Assembly (NCBI GenBank): GCA_045544855.1
Contig: JAZPZV010000006.1
Location: forward strand, 2,446-66,445
Reading direction: 5' to 3'
DNA length: 64,000 nucleotides
Source: Eubacteriales bacterium
GTDB taxonomy: Bacteria; Bacillota; Clostridia; Oscillospirales; CAG-382
Every line of letters begins with the position of its first letter. Position 1 is the first letter of the stretch. The notes beneath the pieces were generated by a model. That model was not told where the DNA came from. It worked only from the letters and a program-made list of their open reading frames with translations, and made no database searches. The position numbers were made by a program, and so were the translations under genes. Of this stretch, positions 38,099-46,347 are shown piece after piece.

Positions 38099-38233
38099 TC
38101 TATATACCTCCGAAATTATTTTCAAACTGTCTCAGAGAGCTATTATATCAAATATAGGAAGGAATTGCAACCCCTTTGTGGCAAAAAATATCCTCCACAT
38201 CGAAAAAATTTCAAAAAAATATTGTCAAACCCG

Positions 38234-38262
38234 TTGCAAAACGCAAAAAAGTGTGCTATAAT
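38234..38262 (+). promoter_or_regulatory. tRNA promoter
   Basis: TTGCAA-17-TATAAT with TG. Confidence 0.8.
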
Positions 38263-38276
38263 ACTCCTTGTGCTGC

Positions 38277-38353
38277 GGAGGCATAGCTCAGCTGGTTAGA
38301 GCGTTCGGTTCACATCCGAGAGGTCTTGGGTTCGAGTCCCCATGTCTCCACCA
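38277..38353 (+). tRNA. tRNA-Val(CAC)
   Basis: 77-nt cloverleaf, anticodon loop TTCACAT, GTTCGA T-loop, encoded CCA. Confidence 0.92.
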
Positions 38354-38355
38354 TG

Positions 38356-38392
38356 AAAAAACGACAGGTTTTTGCCTGTCGTTTCTTTTTTA
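38356..38392. terminator. Bidirectional terminator
   Basis: AAACGACAGG...CCTGTCGTTT followed by a T run. Confidence 0.7.
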
Positions 38393-38764
38393 TCCGATCA
38401 ACTGTCCATCAAACTCTTCGTATTGATGACCGCAGCCCTTGCAGGTGAAAATGTGCAGGTTGCCGACCACCGTTTCGTCGTAGTCGTGGAGGTGGGGGAA
38501 CTGGGCGGTCTTCAGGACCACCCGCTTGATGATCATGTAATCCACGGCGTTGACGCCGCTCGCACCGTTCACGTCGGCGGCCTTTTGCTGTGCTTCATCC
38601 AAAGAAATCTGCCGCAGAACGTACCGTTTCACCATGGCGTAGTCCACCGCCGTCACCTTGCCGTCGCCGTTCACGTCCCCTTGGGTGTACTTCCCTGCCG
38701 AGACGGGCAACGCAAACGCCGCCAACAGCAGGAGCACGATACAAATTTTAAATACTCTTTTCAT
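38390..38764 (-). CDS. Small secreted type I dockerin protein
   Basis: Signal peptide, GDVNGDGKVTAVDY and ADVNGASGVNAVDY Ca-binding repeats, CxxC tail. Confidence 0.88.
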   Translation of the reverse strand: MKRVFKICIVLLLLAAFALPVSAGKYTQGDVNGDGKVTAVDYAMVKRYVLRQISLDEAQQKAADVNGASGVNAVDYMIIKRVVLKTAQFPHLHDYDETVVGNLHIFTCKGCGHQYEEFDGQLIG

Positions 38765-38782
38765 AGAATCACCCTCCGGGGC

Positions 38783-38812
38783 AAAAAGGAGCCGAGAAAC
38801 GGCTCCTTTTTC
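38783..38812 (-). terminator. Terminator ending the pilin-like operon
   Basis: AAAAGGAGCCG-AGAAA-CGGCTCCTTTTT. Confidence 0.75.
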
Positions 38813-38819
38813 TAAATAA

Positions 38820-38966
38820 CTAATCGGTCCAAGTAAACTGGTGCTCGACGTTGCCGTGCTCGCCGTTCACGGTGCCGTAACCGCCTTTAATAGGGCTTGC
38901 GGTTATGATATCATCTTGCTCCAACACCAGCACTTCGATTTCCGGGGTTTCATATTGTTTTTTCAT
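38820..38966 (-). CDS. Small protein, 48 aa: MKKQYETPEIEVLVLEQDDIITASPIKGGYGTVNGEHGNVEHQFTWTD
   Basis: SD GGAGG overlapping the upstream stop, ATG 38966, TAG 38820, then a terminator. YxxP...DIITxS leader-like motif. Confidence 0.75.
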   Translation of the reverse strand: MKKQYETPEIEVLVLEQDDIITASPIKGGYGTVNGEHGNVEHQFTWTD

Positions 38967-38968
38967 AC

Positions 38969-41900
38969 TTAACCTCCGAACGCCGCTTTCGTTGCCTGCG
39001 CAACTGCCCAGGTTTTAACCAGCAGATGCTTGTATTCGTTTGAGGAGTCACTGTAGACACCGTTGATATATGCTTCCAGTCCATAACCAATCTGTCTACC
39101 GTATACACAGTAGTAATTCGTTCCGTCGGTAAGCACGAACACAGGACGTAGAGAAAGCGTCTGCATGTATTGCAAGCTTCCCAAATCAAAAACTAGCTCT
39201 CCGTTTGCGAGGCTGTCCAAAGAGGGATTAGAGAAGGCGTCATCAACGAGTTCAATCTTCTCGTCATCTTTGTCGAACGGCTTGTTGTTCAATTCACCAG
39301 GCGACGGCTGGTTGCCTTGGATCGCATTGTACAGTAAGTATGCCTTAGTAAAGTTTTGGCCGTCGGTGATAAGCGTTCCCTCCCAGGTGCTATCGCCTAC
39401 TAATAAGCCGACTTGCGCAATGGAATAGTCTCCGAGGTCGCCGCTCAAGGCATACCGAATACCAAGACGCAATGCCTCATCAAAGTAAATGATTGCGCTG
39501 GTTGTCTCTAACGAAACACCCTTCACGTCACTCTCGGGCTTAGCTTGAGGAACTACTGTGACAGATGACCCAGTAGGAGAGGTGGCAGGAAGTGCCTCGA
39601 TTTGCTCTTGGGTCAAACTTCCGTCGTGGTTGAAATAAATATCTGCCGCAGTGCCATATTCTTTTAATGCTTCTACCAAAGTGTCGTTTGTGCCGTTCTT
39701 GCAATCGTCAATGGAAACGTAAATCGGTGCACTTGTATAAGAAGTGGTTCCGTCTGTATAATCCAAAATAAAGATGATGGTATCCGGAATTTCGTCTGCC
39801 GGAATTTTCTTAACCAGATAGATTTCCGTTCCAATCGCTACGACCTGCACTCCTTCGCCGTATGAAGCACCGTCCTTGTTAAAGGTGTTTACACAATGAA
39901 CATTATTAGCATTGAGGCAAGGGGTACCATCCGCATTATATGTAATGACTGTGACGGTGCCTTTTGTCCAATCGACAGATTTGTCAAAATAGCAAAGTGC
40001 ATTCATCCATAAATAGTCTTCCAGACGATACTTTCCGTCAACCGTCATCCCATCGCTTTCAAGGGTGTCAGTGGGATGTACGCCTAATGTGGGAATGTAC
40101 CAGGCAGTTCCGTCAGAATAATACGTATTTGCTGTAAAGACTGCCACGTTGGTTTCTGCGCTATAAGTAGATTTAATTTTACCAATTGCACCAGAGAAGT
40201 AAATCGTCACCGCAGTGGTGTCGGAACCGGACTGTGTAGATTCTTTCAACGAAGCTTTTTGGCTTGGGACCTGTTTGAATTCAAGCACTCCGGTAGTCAC
40301 CCCGCCTGTAAGAATCTGCGTGCTTGTCAAATCAACGCTTGAAGAACTGTCAGTGCCAATACTTGAATAAACGTAGCCGCCGTCAACGGTCAACTTCCCT
40401 TTTATAATCAGCTCGGCATCCGTCCAATACTCCTTCGCAATAACCTTGTTTCCCATCCGGGCGGTGGTAGGCAATCTGTAGTAAGAAGCATAACAATATC
40501 CTGCATCAAAATCGTCTACGTCATACAGGTATAGCCCATTTTGAACTACCAACTCACCGCCATGCTCCACGGTAACACGTACCCCGGGAAGCAATTTAAT
40601 GTGTTTGGCAGAAATTAGTTTGCCGCCCGGCATTACATTGATATCAAATGTCGCAGATAACGGCAATTGGGAATCTTCCGTGTTAACGGTATACGTAACT
40701 CCTATCGCACTAATCGAAACCGAGAGATTATTCATCTGCATAGTTCCATAGAGGTCAATCGTTGTTTTTGCAAAAATCGACGTTCCATCCTCGCGCGTAG
40801 ACTGTCGCGAATAGCGGAAAACAATAGAGCCGTCTGTCAAAGAAAACAATGCGCCGGAAGAGCCTACCACAGAAATATTCTTGCAAAAAACTTGCGTTGA
40901 GTTAAGAGCAGAGCAAGTAATATAATAGCTACCAGACAATGTAGAGCCATATTGATATACCGTCTCTACTTGGATGTTTTGCATGGAGTAGGTGCTAAAA
41001 ACGAAATGCCTTGGAGAACCGACCATGGGGGCAATTGCTGAGGAAGCAGTGCCTCCGCGCCAGTCAACAATCTCGATAAACTGATAAACACTGGAGCCCG
41101 ATTTTGCAGTAATTCTTCCAGTATCAACGGCTCCTTCACTTTCGTCAGGGAGAATCAATCCCCTCGCCTTAAGTGCGCCCCCGCTCTCAACGGTAATATG
41201 CCCTTTGAGGCAAACACAACCATAAGTGCCCTGGATACCACCCGATTGCATTGCGCCATCATCGCATCGCCCTTGCACGGCGTTGACCAAAAGTGTACCC
41301 GAAACCTGCAAAGTGATGTTTGAAGGAATCGTTACCGTTTTGTAAGCGGCGCCCATCTTAACCGTTTTACCGGCTTCGTTTTTCGGTTCAGTGGAACCGT
41401 CGTCTGAAGAATTGTACGGAACCAAGAATGTTATGTTTTGAGGAATAGCCAACGTGTATGAAGCAGTTTCGGATTCTGTAACCGCTGAACCATACATAAT
41501 CCCTGTTTGATAGAGAATCACCGTGCCGCTGGTTCCGGCGGCAGAAATTGCGTCATCGAAAAAGCCATAATAAACCTTGGTGGGAGCATCTTTGACATAG
41601 TAAACAGCGCTACCGGTTTTGATAAATAATGGCCAAATGGTCGTGGCAACCTTACCGGTATGCGAATAGCTTGTCGCACCGGTTTCATCTAAAATGCCAT
41701 TGGACGACATCCAGCCAAACAATGTGTAGCCGTCAGCAGGTGTGGCCACCAAATTATATACCTTGCTATCAAGGTTGGTTATAGTTGTAGAATTGGATAC
41801 CTTTGTTCCATCTACGGCATAGGTGCCGCCAACGCTGGGGTTGAAGGTCGTGTCTACTTCAACTCCCGCAGATTCCCAGTTGGCATTCTCAATTACTATG

Positions 41901-42355
41901 GTAATTACGTTGGAAACGCCTTTGCCCGTACCCGTCTGGGCCCCCGTTATGCTAAGCTCTTTTGCGCCTTCTAACGTTTGACTGGTACTTTCCGCCGAGC
42001 CGTTCGTTGTTTTTGTCACGTTCAGTGTAAAGGTAACTTTTGTATCGTTCCTGTTCGTAAGCGTAATAGAAACATCGGCGGCTTTCGGGTCGCCCGCGCC
42101 ACCGCAAGAGCCATCCGTAGTATACCCACTAGCGGTTATTTTCCACCCTGTTCTGCCATCGCTTAACTTCTCTATGGAATCGACCGTGCCTTGATTTGAG
42201 GTAGCCTCTAACTTCCAATCGGCGAAGTCTGTGTTCGTGACAGCATAACCCGGGCTCAACAAAAGAGAAAAAACCGTCCAAGCAACAAGCAAAGCGCAAA
42301 GCCACTTCGTTCTTTTAAAAAGTGTTTTCATATTGTTGTTTGTATTTTTCATCAA
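38969..42355 (-). CDS. Large secreted Thr/Gly/Ser-rich surface protein (adhesin-like), ~1120 aa
   Basis: Sec signal peptide (..SPGYA), InlB/Ig-like YTLFGW repeat, beta-rich. Exact start uncertain. Confidence 0.75.
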   Translation of the reverse strand: MMKNTNNNMKTLFKRTKWLCALLVAWTVFSLLLSPGYAVTNTDFADWKLEATSNQGTVDSIEKLSDGRTGWKITASGYTTDGSCGGAGDPKAADVSITLTNRNDTKVTFTLNVTKTTNGSAESTSQTLEGAKELSITGAQTGTGKGVSNVITIVIENANWESAGVEVDTTFNPSVGGTYAVDGTKVSNSTTITNLDSKVYNLVATPADGYTLFGWMSSNGILDETGATSYSHTGKVATTIWPLFIKTGSAVYYVKDAPTKVYYGFFDDAISAAGTSGTVILYQTGIMYGSAVTESETASYTLAIPQNITFLVPYNSSDDGSTEPKNEAGKTVKMGAAYKTVTIPSNITLQVSGTLLVNAVQGRCDDGAMQSGGIQGTYGCVCLKGHITVESGGALKARGLILPDESEGAVDTGRITAKSGSSVYQFIEIVDWRGGTASSAIAPMVGSPRHFVFSTYSMQNIQVETVYQYGSTLSGSYYITCSALNSTQVFCKNISVVGSSGALFSLTDGSIVFRYSRQSTREDGTSIFAKTTIDLYGTMQMNNLSVSISAIGVTYTVNTEDSQLPLSATFDINVMPGGKLISAKHIKLLPGVRVTVEHGGELVVQNGLYLYDVDDFDAGYCYASYYRLPTTARMGNKVIAKEYWTDAELIIKGKLTVDGGYVYSSIGTDSSSSVDLTSTQILTGGVTTGVLEFKQVPSQKASLKESTQSGSDTTAVTIYFSGAIGKIKSTYSAETNVAVFTANTYYSDGTAWYIPTLGVHPTDTLESDGMTVDGKYRLEDYLWMNALCYFDKSVDWTKGTVTVITYNADGTPCLNANNVHCVNTFNKDGASYGEGVQVVAIGTEIYLVKKIPADEIPDTIIFILDYTDGTTSYTSAPIYVSIDDCKNGTNDTLVEALKEYGTAADIYFNHDGSLTQEQIEALPATSPTGSSVTVVPQAKPESDVKGVSLETTSAIIYFDEALRLGIRYALSGDLGDYSIAQVGLLVGDSTWEGTLITDGQNFTKAYLLYNAIQGNQPSPGELNNKPFDKDDEKIELVDDAFSNPSLDSLANGELVFDLGSLQYMQTLSLRPVFVLTDGTNYYCVYGRQIGYGLEAYINGVYSDSSNEYKHLLVKTWAVAQATKAAFGG

Positions 42356-42473
42356 ACACCTCTTTCTGCTTACTAATCAAGCAGAACAAATAATACATAT
42401 CCAAGATAAAACAACAGCCGCCTATCCAAAGAATGGCCAAATTATAATAAACAAATCCAATCCAGCGTTGTCG

Positions 42474-43175
42474 TCATGCCAGACTACTCTTGCGGCGAAT
42501 TACAAGCAACCAAACTGTCGCTATCGTTATAGCACCGAGTGCAAACCATTGCCCGTGGCTGAGATATAACCAATCCTTGGAGGTGTCCCGCAGAAATTCA
42601 ATACAGAAGCGCATGGAGCTATAAAGCAACATAAACATAGGGTAGAGTTGCCCCTTACGGTTGCCTTCTTTCTGCCAACGTGCTAGCAATAACAGAATGG
42701 TAAAATCTCCAATGCTTTCTATCGCTTGGGTAGGCCAGCGAAAACAAAGCTCACCGATACAAACCTCCCAACCGCCACAACACCCTTGCAAGAAACAGCC
42801 AAAGCGCATGCAACCAATCATAATCGCCACACAAGGGCCGCACAAGTCCATTGTATTCTTAGGGCGTAGGCGGAAAAGATAGCCTACCAAAGGCATCAAC
42901 AAAGGGATGAGAAATACAGAGCCAAAGAAGGAAACCCCTCCCAGAGAGATTCCCTCCTCCAACGTAGTGCGAAAATTTTCTAAAATAAACAACAGCTTCG
43001 CACCGGCAAATCCAACCACCGTAAGCAAGACGGTGAACAGGACGCTTTGCGTTTTGGGCAAACGATATTCTCCTTTGTGGTGCCATACGTAAGCACCCAT
43101 TCCCACAGCACCTACTAGCAACATCAGCCAGTAGGTGGAAATGGAGATGGAACCGATGCGAATAGCCGTCAACAT
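42474..43175 (-). CDS. Lgt (prolipoprotein diacylglyceryl transferase)-family membrane protein, divergent paralog
   Basis: GGVSFFG, RFGCFLQGCCG, PTQAIES, RFCIEFLRD and SHGQW motifs. Confidence 0.8.
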   Translation of the reverse strand: MLTAIRIGSISISTYWLMLLVGAVGMGAYVWHHKGEYRLPKTQSVLFTVLLTVVGFAGAKLLFILENFRTTLEEGISLGGVSFFGSVFLIPLLMPLVGYLFRLRPKNTMDLCGPCVAIMIGCMRFGCFLQGCCGGWEVCIGELCFRWPTQAIESIGDFTILLLLARWQKEGNRKGQLYPMFMLLYSSMRFCIEFLRDTSKDWLYLSHGQWFALGAITIATVWLLVIRRKSSLA

Positions 43176-43178
43176 AGG

Positions 43179-44327
43179 TTACGCCAAAGGATTGTCGATT
43201 ACAGCTGCGCCGGTCTCGTCAATCTCGACAATAATAATCACGCCGCCTTCAGAATAGGCGCCGAACAAATCAGTAACTGTCTGAGAGGTGAAGCAATCGT
43301 CAGTACCAAGAGACCCGACCACTTCATTCTGTGCTCCGTTAATCGTAGAAAGAACATCCAAGTAAGCTTTGGAGTTTGCTTCCGCCTGGGAGTCGAAATA
43401 ATCATAGAAGTGATAGCCTTCTTTGACGGTGCCGTCTCCGTTCAAGACCTCAGCCTGAACCGACTGGAACGCCTTGAAAACTTCTACAACCGCCTGAATT
43501 TGGTTGGTCCCGGTGATTTCACCATTTTGATTAATCTTCGCAGTGGACTCATCCAAAATTTCTAACGGTTTGTTATTTCCTTGGCTCGCTTCGTAACGGC
43601 AATAGCCCTCTGCGGTAGCATAAAGTGCAGCAGCTGCTGTAACGGCGGAACCATCGAAAATTCCAACCAAGTCGGTTGCGATATCAGTTGCGTTGGTTTT
43701 TCCGGAGGTCGGAAGGTTGTTGATGTACGTGATAAACGACTGCTGGGAATCATCGCTCATTTTGCTTGTCTGACTTGCAACGTAAAGAACTGCCGCGTCA
43801 GCGATTTTCTCCTGATTTGCAGGGTCGTCGGGGTCAATACCAATGCCTTCGAGGTATTTGCGGAAGCCGTCACCCACGATTGTGGGGTTCTGGCTAATGA
43901 CGTCTTTAAGGATGCCGGTTAAGGTATCTACCTTTTCCAAAAGGGCGGTCTCATTTCTATAGAAGGAGGAGCCTTGGTAGGTGAGGTTCCAACCGTCGTA
44001 GGAAAGCGCCAGTTTGGTTGCATAGTCAGTGCCGAACGTATCAATCAATACCTTTTCAATCAAGGTCTTGTTGCCGGTCACACTTGCACCGGTGGGAGTC
44101 AGGACAACTGCACCAACGGCACTGCCGGGAGTGACGGTCTGATACCAAGAATCGCCTACGGCAGCGATTTCCAGAGCATGCACGATTTCGCCAACCATCT
44201 GTTCATCTTTTGCCTTGTTAGCTTTCTCGATATAGCTGGAATAAACGGGAACTGCGACACCGACGAGGATCGCCATGATTGCGATGACGACGATGAGTTC
44301 CACAAGCGAAAACCCTTTGTTTTTCAT
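43179..44327 (-). CDS. Type IV pilin-like protein with a prepilin cleavage/methylation motif (382 aa)
   Basis: MKNKG/FSLVELIVVIAIMAILVGVAVPVY class III signal. SD AAAGGA. Confidence 0.88.
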   Translation of the reverse strand: MKNKGFSLVELIVVIAIMAILVGVAVPVYSSYIEKANKAKDEQMVGEIVHALEIAAVGDSWYQTVTPGSAVGAVVLTPTGASVTGNKTLIEKVLIDTFGTDYATKLALSYDGWNLTYQGSSFYRNETALLEKVDTLTGILKDVISQNPTIVGDGFRKYLEGIGIDPDDPANQEKIADAAVLYVASQTSKMSDDSQQSFITYINNLPTSGKTNATDIATDLVGIFDGSAVTAAAALYATAEGYCRYEASQGNNKPLEILDESTAKINQNGEITGTNQIQAVVEVFKAFQSVQAEVLNGDGTVKEGYHFYDYFDSQAEANSKAYLDVLSTINGAQNEVVGSLGTDDCFTSQTVTDLFGAYSEGGVIIIVEIDETGAAVIDNPLA

Positions 44328-44397
44328 AAGTAACATTCCTTTTCTTTTTTGTATTTTTTCTTTGTTTTGGGGTTCGGGTCTTTTCCCCTCACATGAT

Positions 44398-44425
44398 ATC
44401 ATACTCAAAAAAAAAAAAAAAACAA
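44398..44425 (-). promoter_or_regulatory. Pilin operon promoter containing a 16-nt poly(T) tract
   Basis: Minus strand TTG-(T)16-GAG-TATGAT, giving -35 TTGTTT, a 16-nt spacer and -10 TATGAT. Confidence 0.55.
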
Positions 44426-44537
44426 GGTGTTTTACACAAAAAGTGCTAAAGTTGGCACGAATCGTTGGTTTGACCGATTTTGGGGGGTAATTTTTGGTGA
44501 TTTTTGGTAGGATTTTCGGCTCAAGTCGGCGCATGTA

Positions 44538-45095
44538 AGAACCTCATCCGTCACGGCCGATGGCCGTCCCACCTTCCCCAAAGGGGAAGGCGTGGCGCCT
44601 ACGGCGCGGGGAAACGGGAAGGTCGGTTTGGGGTGAGGCGCACAAGGCGCGGGGGGATGCTACGGTCATGGGCGGGTAGGGGGCGTAGCCGTTAAAAAGG
44701 AACCTCATCCACCATTCGCAAGCGAATGGTCCCCCTTCCCCGCGCTGCGGGGAAGGTTGGGGCCTGCGGCGCGGGGAAACGGGAAGGTCGGTTTTGGGGT
44801 GAAGGCAGTCTCTTTAATTTGAAACATAGCTTTTGTTGCTCGCAGGCTCCTTCCACCGTCTGCGACGGTCCCCCTCCCTCCCAGAGGGAGGCTCTGTGTC
44901 GGTTTTGGGGTAAAGGCAGTCTCTTTGATTTGAAACATAGCTTTTGTTGCTCGCAGGCTCCTTCCACCGTCTGCGACGGTCCCCCTCCCTCCCGGAGGGA
45001 GGCTCTGTGTCGATTTTGGGTATGAAGGCAGTCTCTTTGATTTGAAACATAGCTTTTTGCTGCTCGCAGGCTCCTTCTGTGTCGATTTTGGGAGG
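44538..45095. repeat. Cluster of REP-like palindromic elements including a 111-bp tandem repeat
   Basis: Units start at 44787, 44898 and 45009 (the third is internally deleted). Related elements ACCTCATCC...CCTTCCCC..GGGGAAGG at ~44540 and ~44702. Confidence 0.85.
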
Positions 45096-45103
45096 GAGGA
45101 TGC

Positions 45104-45135
45104 AAAAAACACCTTTGCGGGGACAAAGGTGTTTT
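45104..45135 (-). terminator. Terminator after the epimerase
   Basis: AAAACACCTTTG...CAAAGGTGTTTT. Confidence 0.7.
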
Positions 45136-45150
45136 GGGGTGTATGGGATT

Positions 45151-46335
45151 TTAGAATTTGCGCCAGACCATTTTGTTGACCACGCCTGTATAGGACTGGA
45201 TGATCTTGACAACCTTGGTGGAGACGTTCTCTTCGGTATAGTCGGGGACGGGGATGCCGTGGTGGGCGTCTGTGGTCATTTCTACGGCGGTGGAGACGGC
45301 CTGAAGGAGAGAGGTCTCGTCAATACCTGCCAGGATGAAGCAGGCCTTGTCAAGGGCTTCAGGGCGTTCTGTGGAGGTGCGGATACACACTGCGGGAAAC
45401 GGGTGGCCGATGGAGGTGAAGAAGGAGCTTTCCTCCGGGAGGGTGCCGCTGTCGGACACCACGGCGAAGGCGTTCATTTGCAGGCAGTTGTAGTCGTGGA
45501 AGCCCAGGGGCTCGTGGCGGATCACGCGGGAGTCCAAAACGAAGCCGGAGGATTCCAGGCGGTTGCGGGAGCGGGGGTGGCAGGAGTACAGGATGGGCAT
45601 ATCGTACTTCTCTGCCAGCTTGTTGATGGCGGTGAAGAGGGAGAGGAAGTTCTTTTCCGTGTCGATGTTCTCTTCCCTGTGGGCGGAAAGGAGGATGTAT
45701 TTGCCTTTTTCCAGACCCAGGCGGGTGTGGATGTCGCTGGATTTGATGGCTTCCAGGTTCTCGCGAAGCACCTCCGCCATGGGAGAGCCCGTGACGTAGG
45801 TGCGCTCCTTGGGCAGGCCGCATTCATGGAGGTAGCGGCGGGCGTGTTCGGAGTAGGCAAGGTTGACATCGGAGATGATGTCCACGATGCGGCGGTTGGT
45901 CTCCTCGGGGAGGCATTCGTCCTTGCAACGGTTGCCCGCTTCCATGTGGAAGATGGGGATGTGCAGGCGCTTTGCGGCGATGGCGGACAGGCAGGAGTTG
46001 GTGTCCCCAAGGATCAGCAGAGCGTCGGGCTTGACGGCGTTCATCAGCTTATAGGAGCAGTTGATGATGTTCCCCACGGTGGCGCCCAGATCGTCGCCCA
46101 CGGCGTTCATATACACGTCGGGGTCGGCAAGCCCCAGGTCCTTGAAGAACACGCCGTTCAGGTTGTAGTCGTAGTTCTGGCCTGTGTGGGCAAGGAGAGT
46201 ATCGAAGTATTTGCGGCACTTTTTAATGACTGCGGCCAGGCGGATGATCTCCGGGCGGGTGCCCACGATGATCAGCAGCTTCAGCTTGCCGTTGTTTTGG
46301 AAGTGTACGTCGGTGTAATCAAGTTTGAGGTTCAT
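45151..46335 (-). CDS. UDP-HexNAc 2-epimerase (CapG/FnlC type)
   Basis: GTRPEIIR, HTGQNYD, HMEAGNR, HREEN and SDSGT motifs. Adjacent to a CapF-like gene. Confidence 0.9.
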   Translation of the reverse strand: MNLKLDYTDVHFQNNGKLKLLIIVGTRPEIIRLAAVIKKCRKYFDTLLAHTGQNYDYNLNGVFFKDLGLADPDVYMNAVGDDLGATVGNIINCSYKLMNAVKPDALLILGDTNSCLSAIAAKRLHIPIFHMEAGNRCKDECLPEETNRRIVDIISDVNLAYSEHARRYLHECGLPKERTYVTGSPMAEVLRENLEAIKSSDIHTRLGLEKGKYILLSAHREENIDTEKNFLSLFTAINKLAEKYDMPILYSCHPRSRNRLESSGFVLDSRVIRHEPLGFHDYNCLQMNAFAVVSDSGTLPEESSFFTSIGHPFPAVCIRTSTERPEALDKACFILAGIDETSLLQAVSTAVEMTTDAHHGIPVPDYTEENVSTKVVKIIQSYTGVVNKMVWRKF

Positions 46336-46347
46336 AGGGTAACTCCT

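Noticed and set aside
35459..38299. 946-aa ORF on the plus strand
   Set aside because: It is the antisense shadow of ppdK caused by biased codon usage. The same applies to the long antisense ORFs over trpB2, glgB, capG and others.
42356..42473. Small gene between the Lgt-like and large surface protein genes
   Set aside because: The coupled ATG gives only 11 codons and the other frames lack starts.
38277..44330. Integrative element inserted at tRNA-Val(CAC)
   Set aside because: The composition shifts, but I found no integrase and no duplicated tRNA 3' end (att site) by eye.
44787..45095. Possible CRISPR array (repeated ...TTTGAAAC word at regular spacing)
   Set aside because: The intervening sequences are near-identical rather than unique spacers, the period is 111 bp, and there are no cas genes.
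44692..45212. ORFs of 99-144 aa across the repeat cluster
   Set aside because: They are translations of tandem palindromic repeats, with no SD and no protein-like features.
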